From Amphiscolops sp. MND2022 (lineage: Eukaryota): 64,000 nt of DNA. The stretch is taken from positions 7,566,001 to 7,630,000 of the forward strand of contig OZ076409.1 of NCBI GenBank assembly GCA_964187785.1. The letters run 5' to 3'. Positions 11,724 through 23,096 of this stretch are shown here, piece by piece. Under the pieces are notes generated by a model. It had not been told where the DNA came from, did not search any database, and saw only the letters and a list, made by a program, of their open reading frames with translations. Made by a program: the position numbers and the translations under genes. Position 1 is the stretch's first letter, and every line of letters begins with the position of its first letter.

Positions 11724-12221
11724 GTCGAAGGGACGGGATCGAAAATCAGAGTTAGTCCTCAGGTCGACATATCAAATTTTTGAATGGGATCGAAATAACT
11801 CGGATCGAAATTTTTATAAATAACGTAGTCATATATGTTCACATACCCCTAGTGCCCTGAATGCAGGAGCGAAGCGACGCGGAGCGATGTGCCATATGGA
11901 AATGCCTCAATGATGCTACTTGGCGAAGGGAGCGAAGCGACCGAGCCATAGAACAAATACGATAAAATTCGACCGCATTCCATTCGATCCCTGCTATTCG
12001 ATCAAAACGTTCGACCAGAAAAATTCGACCTATTTACAGCCACCCTCCGGAAAAGATGAAGACGCATCATGGGTCCGATGTAGTAAATCGTCTTCTAGTT
12101 TGAGCTTCAAGAGAAATTTGACGTTGATGGCTGTACTCAGAAGATCAAGAGGCGGCGTTCCTAGCAGAACGTGACATGAGTCGATAATCGGCAAAAATTC
12201 GTGTCTAAAAACTGTCCTTAT

Positions 12222-12683
12222 GGGCTACGTGGAATCAGGTCTAATGAAATAGATCTAAGAGAGGGGGCAAAACTGACATCTCAATAAATTCATCTAAATA
12301 ATTAGGTCTAAAAATCTCTTCTAATTTGATCTACTTTGAGAAAAAAAAATAAGTCAATTGGGACCTAAAACTAAAAAGTGATATAAAGTATAAAACGTGC
12401 CTCGGATATGTCCCCATTTCCTCTAATGCCCCCGCGGCCCCTTGGGGCCGCTTATATTCCCATCATGCTAAGCCAGGTCGAACAGGAGCAAAGACCTAGC
12501 GGGAACGGAGATCGCGAAGCGATCGTAGTGGGAGCTGGTCTCTACGACGGTGAGGGCGAGTCATATTAGATCATAAAGGGGTTAGACGTAAGTGTTTTAA
12601 ATTAGATTAGATTTGAAAGTTAAATCTAACAGTCAGGTCTAATTCCATTAGACCCAAGCAATTAGATCAAAGGCGTACACTCC
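12222..12683. mobile_element. MITE-like element with AGGTCTAA/TTAGA subterminal repeats, inserted in the LINE RT C-terminal region
   Basis: LINE frame ...VQNNF|IRTVFRH... rejoins across it; imperfect TSD tccttat/ttcttat; GG...CC ends. Confidence 0.7.
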
Positions 12684-15197
12684 TTCTTATGAAATTGTTT
12701 TGTACAGCTGTGACGTATTTGAGGTTTTTCTCAAGCTAAAGTGGTGCTGCATAAAAAAGTGAGGGTAAGATAGTAGGTTTTGTACAACAGAACTAACGTT
12801 GGAACTGCAAGGCTCCCTTTTCTTTTGCATAACGACTTGAATATATTCCAATTTCGCTTTGCTCTCTAGATAGTTTTAATAGAATGATCCCGGTAGTTGA
12901 GCTTGCTATCGATAATTACTCCGAGAGGCTTTGTTGTTTTTTTTTACCTTGACATATATCACCATTGAGGCACGGGAGTTCGAAGTCATTCTCTTCGCAA
13001 TTGAAAAAAATTAATTCAGTTTTTCCTCCGTTCACTAACATCCTCCAATCTACACACCACTTCTCGATGTCAGAACAAGTTTTTCGAAGGATGGCAGATA
13101 ATTCTGACGGATCCTTGCCAGTGACAATGAGAGAACTATCCTCTGCAAACTTGAATTTTTGAGCTTGATTACTAAGGAAGTCGTTTAGGAAGATGATGGA
13201 GAGTAATGGTGACAACACACTTTCCCGTGGAACGCCAATGTCAATCTGGAACTTCGGCGATTGGTATCCATTCCGTTCAATTGAAGCGACTCTGGTTTTT
13301 AAGAACGATTTTATTATCAGATACATTTTGCCAGAAATATTGTGTTCCTACAGTTTAAAGAGAAGGCCGTCCACCCACACGCTATCGAAAGCTTTTTCGA
13401 GCTCAATGTTAAGCAGAGCCGTCGGTAAACGTGAACGTTTGGCGTTTTCCAGCATGAGATGTAGTCTGTAGAGCGATCGAGTGGTGTTTCTTTTCGATCT
13501 GAAACCATCGTGTTCGTCACCAAGCAGTCCATTCACATCGAGATGTGATTTGATTCTGGTTGCAGGTATTCTTTCCAACGTTTTGCCGATATGACTGGAG
13601 ATTGAAAGTGGTCGATATGAAGAGCATTCATCATATCTCTCTTTGTTTGGCTTGCGTATGAATACAACTCGTGACTCCGTCCATGGCCACACATGATACT
13701 CCCAGCAAGTATTGAAAATATTCAGCAGAAAATGGAGTGCTTTAGTTCCCAAATGCTTTATCATTGTCAAATGGAGACCATCAATATCAAAAGATTTAGT
13801 GTTGCTTGATTTCAAAATGGCATTCTTCAGTTCATCGAAAGTAATTTCATCATGAAACACTTCAATTTCATGTTCAGGACCATCATGTGGTTGATTTATT
13901 TTGGCTTCTACTTGTAGTTGTGTTGCATCGTTGAAAATTTGCTTTTTCAGATGTTCTCCTCCGAAGAACGTGGTTTCGAATTCTTTGCCAATTTCCTCTG
14001 GAGCATACAAGAGTCCCCTTCCTTACTGCGTATTAGACCAACTTCTGCAGGTTTAGTGTTGAGTAAGGCCTTGTAAGAAGTCCAAAATTCTCTTCCTCTT
14101 TTATGCCCAAGCTATAACAGATAGTTTTTCATCCTTTCAGTTACACTTTTGTTGAGTAGAATTTTGAAACGTTCCTTCGCTGCCTTTAGATTTGTCCATT
14201 TACAAAATTTGATTTGTACTTGAACTTTTTGCGTAAAAATTGGAGTTCATTGCTTGCGTCTGTCAAGTCTGAAATCCAAAACGGTCGGCTATGATTTGAA
14301 ACACATTTGAGGGGTATATGACCAAGGGAAGCTTCGTGCAGCAGATTCTTGAACTTGTTCCAAAGAAAAACAGGGTCGTCCCCAACAACCATGAGATCAT
14401 CTATTCGGCCCTCAATGAACGAAGTCCAACCCACCCGATCAATCCAGTTCAATCCATAATTTCTTGGTTTTCTCAGTGATGCTACTACGCTCCAATCTCA
14501 TAATAATAGGAACATGACCCCTCTGTGGAGCACCGGTGAACAGCTCAGCAATTTCATCCGTAGACGGAGAGTGTTTACATCTATCAAACAGAGGCCCATA
14601 ACAAATGCAGAGTTCGATAACACTGTAGCCATTTGCTGCCTAAAACGTAGGCTCACCATCATTGAGAATGCTGAAATGGTCAGCTATTTGAATTAATTTC
14701 TCACCTAGTAAGTTACACGATTTGTCGCCCCAATAGGTATGTCTTGTATTGAGATCACCAAAGAAAAGAGCTCCATTCAGGCAATTTTTGTCAACATACG
14801 TTTTGCAACTCTGTATAACTTTTATTGTACTTCTCAATCCTTCGAAGTCATCGGGTCTGACATATGCAGTAGACACAACTAACTTAATTCCGCTCAGCCT
14901 AACAGTCAAAACAACATTATCAACAGAGGTGTCTTCGAGTTGATTAAGTCTTGAGTAGGGGATGTGATTTTTCAATAAAACTGCGACGCCCCCAGAACTT
15001 CCACCCATAGAACTGATTATTGTGTAATTGTCGAATAGATTTGCGCTAATTTGTGTCTTGGTTTCATTAAGAAAAACGATATCAGCTTTGGTTTGTTGTA
15101 AGTATTGATTCAATGCTATTTTACTATGATCACTCAGGTCGCATATATTTATCTGCAAGAATGTGAAACTAGGGTTAGCCATCATTTTTCGACACAA
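12684..15197 (-). pseudogene. LINE ORF2 (APE endonuclease + RT), frameshifted
   Basis: FLQINI, DIVFLNET, FFGDLNTRH, LNDGEPTF (APE); YRPLSISS, GFR, ELEKAFDSV, GVPRESVLSP, KFAED (RT). Confidence 0.92.
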
Positions 15198-15203
15198 GGT
15201 TTC

Positions 15204-15425
15204 TCAAAGTCGGCGCTTGTAGACCTCGTGCCTCATGAACTCTTTGCACCTGTTTAATATAAGTTGGGCAGTCAAGAGAATCAGCTTCGTGGCTTCCGCT
15301 GCAATTGGTACACCTGGCAGGCTGATTACCGCTGCAGTTGTCAATAGAGTGCTCGCCGGAACAATGTTTGCATGACACTTTCGAATGGCAATTGGAACTG
15401 ACGTGTCCGAACTTCTGACATCGGT
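15204..15425 (-). pseudogene. LINE ORF1 C-terminal part with CCHC knuckles
   Basis: RCQKFGHVSSNC, CKHCSGEHSIDNC, CTNCSGSHEADSLDC. Confidence 0.9.
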
Positions 15426-16415
15426 CATTACAGTTCATCTGCAAGCCTTTTCTGAGCGTTTTGCGGAAATGAGGACACGAAATCTCGGAAACCGGGACAC
15501 GTGCACTGAATTCATTCCCCTTTGATGTCGACTGCCTTAGCTTCCTTTGAAGTTGAAATCTTACTTTCCGCATTTTTGTGTCTTGGCAAGTTAATGGGGC
15601 CAATTAATTGCCACTTATGCCAGGCTTCAATAGGGCCAATTATGTAGAAAGCAAATAGTGCAACGTGTCTCAGATTCCAGAGTTTTATTCAGTAGAGTAA
15701 TTCGTACACCTACATTCCGGAACAATTATAAAGTGTTTCCGCATTTTATCTCTTGAAATCAGATGAAAATTGCTAGAAAAGATAATGTTCGGAAACAAAC
15801 TTCTGTTAAATGAAGCTTCATGTTTTGACCCACAATTGGAACCAAAAAATCTCCAAGTTTCACACCAGTTATTTCATTAAAATTTTCTTTTTTTTTTCAA
15901 TTACAATTGGTAGAAAAGTAAGCTTTTTTATTAGGATGGTTTTTTCCATTAAATCCCCCGCAAACCCTTCCCCCCACAGTATGCGCAGAAATTTTTTATC
16001 CCCACCAATATCAGCGATGAAGTCGAGCTATAAAATACTGTTATTTGATTGATTGTTACTATTAATTCAATGATAATTTTTCTCGACCGCCTAACTGAAG
16101 TGGAATAGGAAGGTGGGGGGAATTAACAGAAAAGATGCGTAAGCATTTTTTCTAACTCTTTTCTAATATAATAAGACTGTAGATTTCGGTATCAAGTTCG
16201 GTTGGAAACAAAGGTGTCAATTCTTTATTCAATAGAGGCTATAATGCTCAGGAAGATCTCAAAAGTAAGCGTTGGTTGGAAAAGAACAATAATTAATTAT
16301 TCAAACTACCAAACAGTATCAAACAACGGCTAGATTTTTTGCATTTTTTCAAGGCTATTTGGAATACATTCAATGGTAAAAATATAGAAAAAACAGTCTC
16401 TCATTTCTAAATAAT

Positions 16416-16488
16416 TGCCGTTAGCGGGATCTGAACCCACGATCTCACGATCGGAAAGCTAGCGCGCATCCTATTTGGCCAACGGGTC
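16416..16488 (-). pseudogene. tRNA-like sequence (tRNA pseudogene or SINE head)
   Basis: A-box-like TGGCCAAATAGG and B-box-like GGTTCAGATCCC at tRNA spacing; imperfect stems. Confidence 0.55.
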
Positions 16489-16898
16489 TTCTTTTTGAAC
16501 GATATCTATTTGCTAATAAACTAAATGTTTTCGCTGCGTCAAATAGAGCAATTTATTCGCTCGATTATGCGCTTTAATGCGGATTCTCAACAATACGGGC
16601 TCGTTATGTGATTTTAAGCAGTCACTCATGCTGCCTTGAATAATTATCACGTTGATAGAATACTATTTTTGATAGGTCACGACAAACAATTACGTAACTA
16701 CGAGATTTACGTTATTCTGAAAGTACTCTATTCCGAAGTTCAACTCTACTAAGTAATTGAATTATGACGATTCAACCCACAATTGGAAGCAAAATATCTT
16801 CACTTGCATTCTATGTGTCATTTTGATGACGGCCCAGTGGTTAATGATCAGGTTCATCAAACAAAAGTTTATATATGTGTTCTATGCAACGGCATAAC

Positions 16899-17150
16899 GG
16901 GGATGGTGGCGCAGTTGATAAGGCGAGTAGTGAAGCTTGAGGCGTAGTCTGTCACCGGATCGAACCCCATCAAAACACTCTGCAGGGTGATTCTATACAG
17001 ACAACACTGTCTTCCACCAGATCTATCCGGTAAAAGACTTTAGAGGGCCTAATTGAAGATCCACTGCGCTACTGAATCACTTTTTTCTGTGTGGCAGTTC
17101 ATCCTGTCTGAGAATGTCTGAGAAGACTCGCTATATTAAATCAAATTCAA
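16899..17150 (+). mobile_element. Putative tRNA-derived SINE
   Basis: GGGGATGGTGGCGCAGTTGATAAGGCG (A box) ... GGATCGAACCCC (B box), ~170-nt body, A-rich TCAAA tail. Confidence 0.6.
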
Positions 17151-17633
17151 AAACGCGAATGTTTCAATTGATTTTGTTATTTATGAATTGAAGCATCAGA
17201 ACTCGACCCACGATTGGAACCAAAAATTTTAATTTTTTTTACCAAAACCTCAATAACAGTTGCGTTTTAATTTTTCATTTTTAAAACTTGTACATTTTGT
17301 AATTTTTTGAAGTACGTTTTCTTCTAACTCTAATTATCAACGGGCTTCCGATGTAACGTTTGGTGTGAAGTTTATTGAAACATTTGTGGCACTCAAATGT
17401 GATTTAGGATTACAAAGTAATTGACTTCTTCAAATCAAACATAATTTTTTGAATAGCGTTGCAAGTGTTCCTAAAACGGATTTGAAATGGTTTAAAATCA
17501 AATTCAAGCTTTCGTCAGCATTCTAATCTCAAAACGGTTCCAGTTGAAACTGAGTAACACCATTTTAAACAATCACGTACAATAAAACCAATGCCACTAA
17601 AATCTAGAAGTTTGTGAATGAAAGTTCGTTTCT

Positions 17634-20480
17634 TCAATTTTCCTCTTCCGATTCATCTGCAAGATTGTCACTGTTTTCTTTTCGTGGTTCTTGACTACCG
17701 CTGAAGCGACCGCTGGTGTTTCCAGAGCTGCTTCCTGACTGTGATTCACTAAACTCAGAGCGAGCTATCGGATCCTCGTAGTCGAACATTAACTGTTGGA
17801 AGGGATGGATTGTTTTACTTGCTCGGAGGACAACATAACGTTGATTGTTGTCGGCAAACACAATGACATCAGTGGACTTCATATTGGCTTCCAAAACTGA
17901 GTGATGGGCAAGGCGACCCATACATCTACTATCAGGGTGGACAGGACACGTTTCCGCGGAGGCATTGATTATCCTTCGGCCAGGTCCTTTGACTTCCAGA
18001 CAAAACTCCCGTTTAACACCTTCAATGGCGGAAACTTCGTCCATTGATGTCTTGAGGAAAACCTGCCCATGGTAATCAACGACGACTTCATTTTTCTGGA
18101 AAACTCGGGTGGCAACGATTCCCCTTCCAAACTTGCTAAAAAAACCTGCGTGACTCCGGGCCATTTTTGAGATCGACATCTCTCCATAAGCAAAGTTTGA
18201 TCTTCAAACTCCATATTGCTTGCCAATCCTTTGTAATAAATCTTCTGAATTGCTATGTTCGTTTCTACTTTTGGGGTAATAAACATTGGGAGCACAAGTA
18301 TATAAACTTTTCTCAGGTCTTGGTTGCCGTCATTCTGCGTCGTCCATTTCTGTCGCTGGAAATAGTTCTTCAGTCTCATTTCCAACGAAGCAAGGTCAGT
18401 TTTCCCATTCATATGCTTGAAAAGACATGGGCACAAGCTGATTGGCGGGCATATCTCTGTCGATCCTGGTGCCTTCTCACCGCCGACTGCACGATCTGGT
18501 AGTCCAAGGCAATGTCCAGAGTCGCCCAAATTGCTCTAGTCTGGACCTTCAACTTAGGGAGTATTGCTTCAGTGTCGTTTGCGATGGGCAACACAACATG
18601 AAGGTGCCGTTCCAATTCCCTAAGCGGGCTATCACAGTGTTTCAGTAATTGTTTGAAATGATACAAACATTGAATAGTGTCTATATGCATTCTGAATTAA
18701 TGATACCAACAATGTACGTGTCACTTAGATCGACCCCCAATTGGTACCAAAAACTAGCTCTACATTATAAATTGTCCCAGTTTCCACAATTTTTCAGTAT
18801 AATTTGACTTGCTCAAAGAATGCAAAGCGGAAAACAAGACCATATTTTTAAACACATGGCGTGGAAACCAGATACAAATCTTAATACCTTGCCAACATTC
18901 ACTCAAAGGGGTATACACATTATTGCGCGTTACCATGAATGTCCTAGTTTCCACGGTTTTAAGTTTGAATTGACTTACTCAAAGAATGCAATGCGGAAAA
19001 CAAGACCATATCCTTAAACACATGGCGTGGAAACCAAATACAAATCTTAATACATTGCGAACTTTCACTCTAAAGGGTATACACATTATTGCGCGTTACC
19101 ATGAATGTCCTAGTTTCCACGGTTTTAAGTTTGAATTGACCTACTCAAAGAATGCAATGCGGAAAACAAGACCATATCTTTAAACACATGGCGTGGAAAC
19201 CAAATACAAATCTTAATACATTGCGAACTTTCACTCTAAAGTGTATACACATGATTGTGCGTTACCATAAATGTCCTAGTTTGCACGGTTTTTGAGTATA
19301 AAATGGCTCGCTTTTAAAAGTCTTCGAGGAAAAAAAGACCATATCTTTGAACACATGGCGTAAAAACCGAATACAAATCCTAACTAATTGTTTTATTCAA
19401 GGGCGTGTGATGATGATTTGTTTTTACATACCGACTCCACATATTGGTCAACAACGTGGCTAGGTCGGAAGTTGGATTTCCCAGCTGAGTTCACAAAAAA
19501 CAATTCGGTGTAGAGGATCCGATTGTCTGTGTCACTCAGCAGTCTTTCGAAAGGAGTTCCCTCACCGTGGTCCAGAAACTCGTTTCGAACACTCACGAAG
19601 TAGTCCACAAAGCCTTCCAATAACCATGGTGGATAATGTAGCACGTTTTTCTGGCGCACCTCTCAGCTACATCTATCTCAAGCCCGAAAGAGGCATTTTT
19701 GTTGTCGCATTCTTTCATCTGAACTGCTGCCTGCGCCACGGCGTGGACAGTCACATTGCTGACCTCCCGATCCAGAAAACCCAAGAAAATTAGAACGTAG
19801 GCCAGTAGACTTCGAAAGAACTCTATTTGGACCTTTTTCGTAGCCAGAATGCTCTTTCTGCAACGCGATACATTCTCTGTTTTTGTCCATTTAATGAAGG
19901 ACTCCACTGTATCCGTTTTGTAATCAGGCTTCTTCTTCTTGGCGGGAACAGTCTAAAAAAGAGAGAGTTTTCAAAAAGTGTCCTAATTATCTTTGAAACT
20001 GATAACGGAATTAAAAAGTACATTGGCTTCTAGGAAACGTAACCCATGTTTCGAACGCAAAATTTGAACAATATCTATTCAGAAGTTTTACTACACTTAC
20101 CATATCAACTGGTGGGGGCATTGGACGTTTGCTTACTACATTATCGGAGCTTGCATGTCCATTCGACTGTTTTGGAGGAATTATAATCTCAGCTAGTAAT
20201 TCGCTCTGAATGTATAAAAACTCGTTTATGACCTCTTCAGCTTCAGTCGGGAGATGTTCCGTTATTATTCCATCCTCATTGAAGCTGAATTCATGTGGCT
20301 CTTGGAGGCGGAACGGAGTGCTGTTGAGTGGCCCGCCGGATGTTTGGCTAAACATCACGGGCGATAAAGGGCGTGAACAAACCAGAAGGAGTTTGCATTT
20401 GGGTTAACGTCAGAGGCGTGGACATGTCCGCGGAAGCCGGTGTTGGAAGTGGGGGCATCGGCAAATGCAGCGAGGTTTTG
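17634..20480 (-). pseudogene. Multi-exon gene: tyrosine-recombinase-like domain followed by a PR-Set7/SETD8-like SET domain (frameshifted)
   Basis: SET: FGRGIVAT...VVDYHG...MGRLAHHS...ANMK...LRASKTIHPFQQLMFDY (17634-18179). YR-like: LLAYVLIFLGFLDREVSNVTV...LFFVNSAGK...FMLCCPSQTTLKQY. GT-AG intron ~19954-20100; second intron filled with 166-bp repeats. Confidence 0.8.
18780..19390 (+). repeat. 166-bp tandem repeat array (~3.6 units) in an intron of the SET gene
   Basis: TTTCCACGGTTTTAAGTTTGAATTGAC...AATGCGGAAAACAAGACC...; period 166 (repeated ORFs at 18820 and 18986). Confidence 0.95.
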
Positions 20481-20871
20481 TTTTGCTCCATTTAAGAAAG
20501 TTCGATTTTCTATTTTGACGGTCTGATTTTCAGAGACGATTTCAAGATATTGATTGTAGATTTCGAGTATTTGTTGATATGAATTACGATAATATCTGAT
20601 ATTTGGTAACTTGTAGTGCCATATCCGGCTGTGCAACCAAAAACCTCAGTCTTAAATGAGGCATGTAAAAAGCGTTATTACGGAAGGAGGCTAGTGTCTT
20701 CATTTTGCAATTATTCTTATTAGTGCAACTGCTCGGTAATTAGGTGACGATTAGCTGTAATTAATTTGGATTGCAACCAGTCTCGTTATCGTCTTCTTCA
20801 ACGCTCATCCCATCAACATTCACCACATAAGTTGTCTACACAATCTATTAGTTTCGAGCTTTAAGTTAAAA

Positions 20872-22260
20872 ATGCTTCTCCAAACATTCTATGAAAATGA
20901 AGTTGTGCAAATTTTGGATCCTGCGACATCAATTTGGGAATCAGCGAAAATACTTTCCTTTGTGAGCGATTGGTGTGTAAGAATTAAATGGGTCGATTGG
21001 TCTTACAATAAAAACGAAGATATCACTGTTCCCGAAGTATACAGACCTGAAAAAAAACTGGAACATTAGAAAATCACACAATCTTGTACACCAAGAAACT
21101 GTGAGCAACAAAAGACGATCAACACCACTTAGCTACAACGCTCGTCGACTGGTCAGAAACGATCAAATTTACTTTTGGCAACCAGAATATAATTGTGAAG
21201 ATAGCGAAAGATGCCAAGAGGACCGTTGCTGCGGGTCAGTTGTGATGGGTTGGGTAAAAATTAATGATCCTTTCTGTCAACAATGTTTGACAACCGACGT
21301 GGAGGACAATGATGAGTATGTTTCGTATCGCCAACTAAGAAATAAACCTTGTGTAAGAGACACTGAACCAGAAACTGATGAAACTGAACAAGATGAAGAA
21401 TCAGGATCTGACGTACATCGCCCATTCGTCAAAAAGCAAGCCCGTGTGACAAGCGCCGCACAACCGATGCCACAAGTCGACATTCTTTCCTTGCTTCCCA
21501 ATGTTGACGATGACGTTGAATTAACATATGCACCCTGTGAAAATGATATCATAAAGGTAATGTTTTCTTGCTTTTTTGCTTACAAACTTTGCCTTTGAAC
21601 TTTGATAACCCTGGATTGGCACCAATTTTTTCAAAGTATTTTTCCCACCTAATATTTGTTTAATCATTTTGTTTTCAGGTGGGATCTATTGCATCTTACG
21701 CAAATGATGATTTTAAAATCAAGAAGGTTTACTATGATGTTCAGAAGAGAAAAGCATGTGCATTCATGCAGAGCAAAAGTGCCCTGACAATGAAGTGCGC
21801 AGACCAACAATTCGTGTTGTGACAACAACATCTTCTAAAGGCAATGTAATGGATTTTAATTCGCTTCTGGAGCCCATGGACCAAGCCTATGCTTTGTTTT
21901 CTGCAAAAAAACGACTGGGCGGGATTCTCAAGAAAGAAGCATTCCTTAACCGCAACATTAGGTCCCTGTACCCCACTGACAAAAAAACTCTGTGGCTTCG
22001 AAACTGGCAATTTCAAAGAGGCCGTTAAGTATAGTGTTGCAAACCAAGAGGGACATAATTGGTGCAACGGTACATGGGATACTGTACTTGAAAGAAACTA
22101 GGATATGATCCCATGTCACGCAAGCGATGGAAAAGATGTTCTTATAAAGACAATGAGGTTCACTGAACATCGAGAATTTGGCGTGTTCACGATTCGTGTC
22201 CAGTTTTTGACGAGCCAAGGCCACTACAAAAACAGCCAATATAGAGATCTGAGTCGGAAT
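20872..22260 (+). pseudogene. Intron-containing gene with an N-terminal Tudor/Royal-family-like domain, decayed
   Basis: EVVQILDPATSIWESAKILSFVSDWCVRIKWVDWSYNKNEDITV fits a Tudor/Agenet/MBT beta-barrel pattern; acidic linker; GT-AG intron ~21557-21678. Confidence 0.55.
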
Positions 22261-22554
22261 GTACCTGTCTCAGATCCATGAAATACTCTAAAAAACTCCT
22301 AAATTTTAAAAAACTTTTTCAATTCGTGTTTGATCATATTTTGTTTGTTCAACAATTCATCTTTCATCATTATTAGTAATTATTACAATATGAGCTCCAT
22401 GACCTTGTATTCTTGAAAATTCTTGAGCAAAGTCTTAGACTATCGAATTACTTTTTTCTGAAAGCATATGATTAACAAGGCACTTGTCACGTATAGATCA
22501 ACCCCTGATTGGTACCAAAAATGATACAATCTCAGCTATTTCCGGGATTTTACT

Positions 22555-23000
22555 TGTCGTGTTTTCCATTTTTTTTCAGCATCTTTGATTTGCGCCAGAA
22601 AGCAATGCGGAAAACAAGTACACATCTTAAAAAACGTGGCATGAAATCCAAACACAAATCGTAATGCATTGCTCATATCTATTCGTCCCGGTTTCCACGG
22701 ATTTTCAGTACAATTTGACTTGCTCAAAGAATCCACTGCGGAAAACAAGACCAAATCTTTAAACATATGGCGTGGAAACCAAATACAAATCTTAAAACAT
22801 TGCGATTTTTCACTCAAAGGGGTATGTATGTATGCAGACTCCGGATCGCGCGTTACCATAAATGTCCTGGTTTCCACGGTATTTAAGTGAAAATTGATTT
22901 GCTCAAAGAAAGCAATGCGGAAAACAAGGACACATCTTTAAACACAAGGTGTGGAAACCAAGCACAAGTACTAATACGTTGCTCAATTTTATTCGAAGGG
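22555..23000 (+). repeat. Degenerate array of the 166-bp repeat (~3 units), intergenic
   Basis: Same TTTCCACGG / AATGCGGAAAACAAG / GGCGTGGAAACCAAATACAAATC blocks. Confidence 0.9.
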
Positions 23001-23096
23001 GTGTAGTCATTGTTTTCAGGAAATATTCAAACAATTTTTGTTTTTCTTTTTTCAATACTTTTTGAGTATTTTCAATCAGATAACACTTTACAAAGA

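Noticed and set aside
18780..19390. Repeated 65-aa ORFs (MQCGKQDHI...)
   Set aside because: By-products of the 166-bp tandem repeat inside an intron
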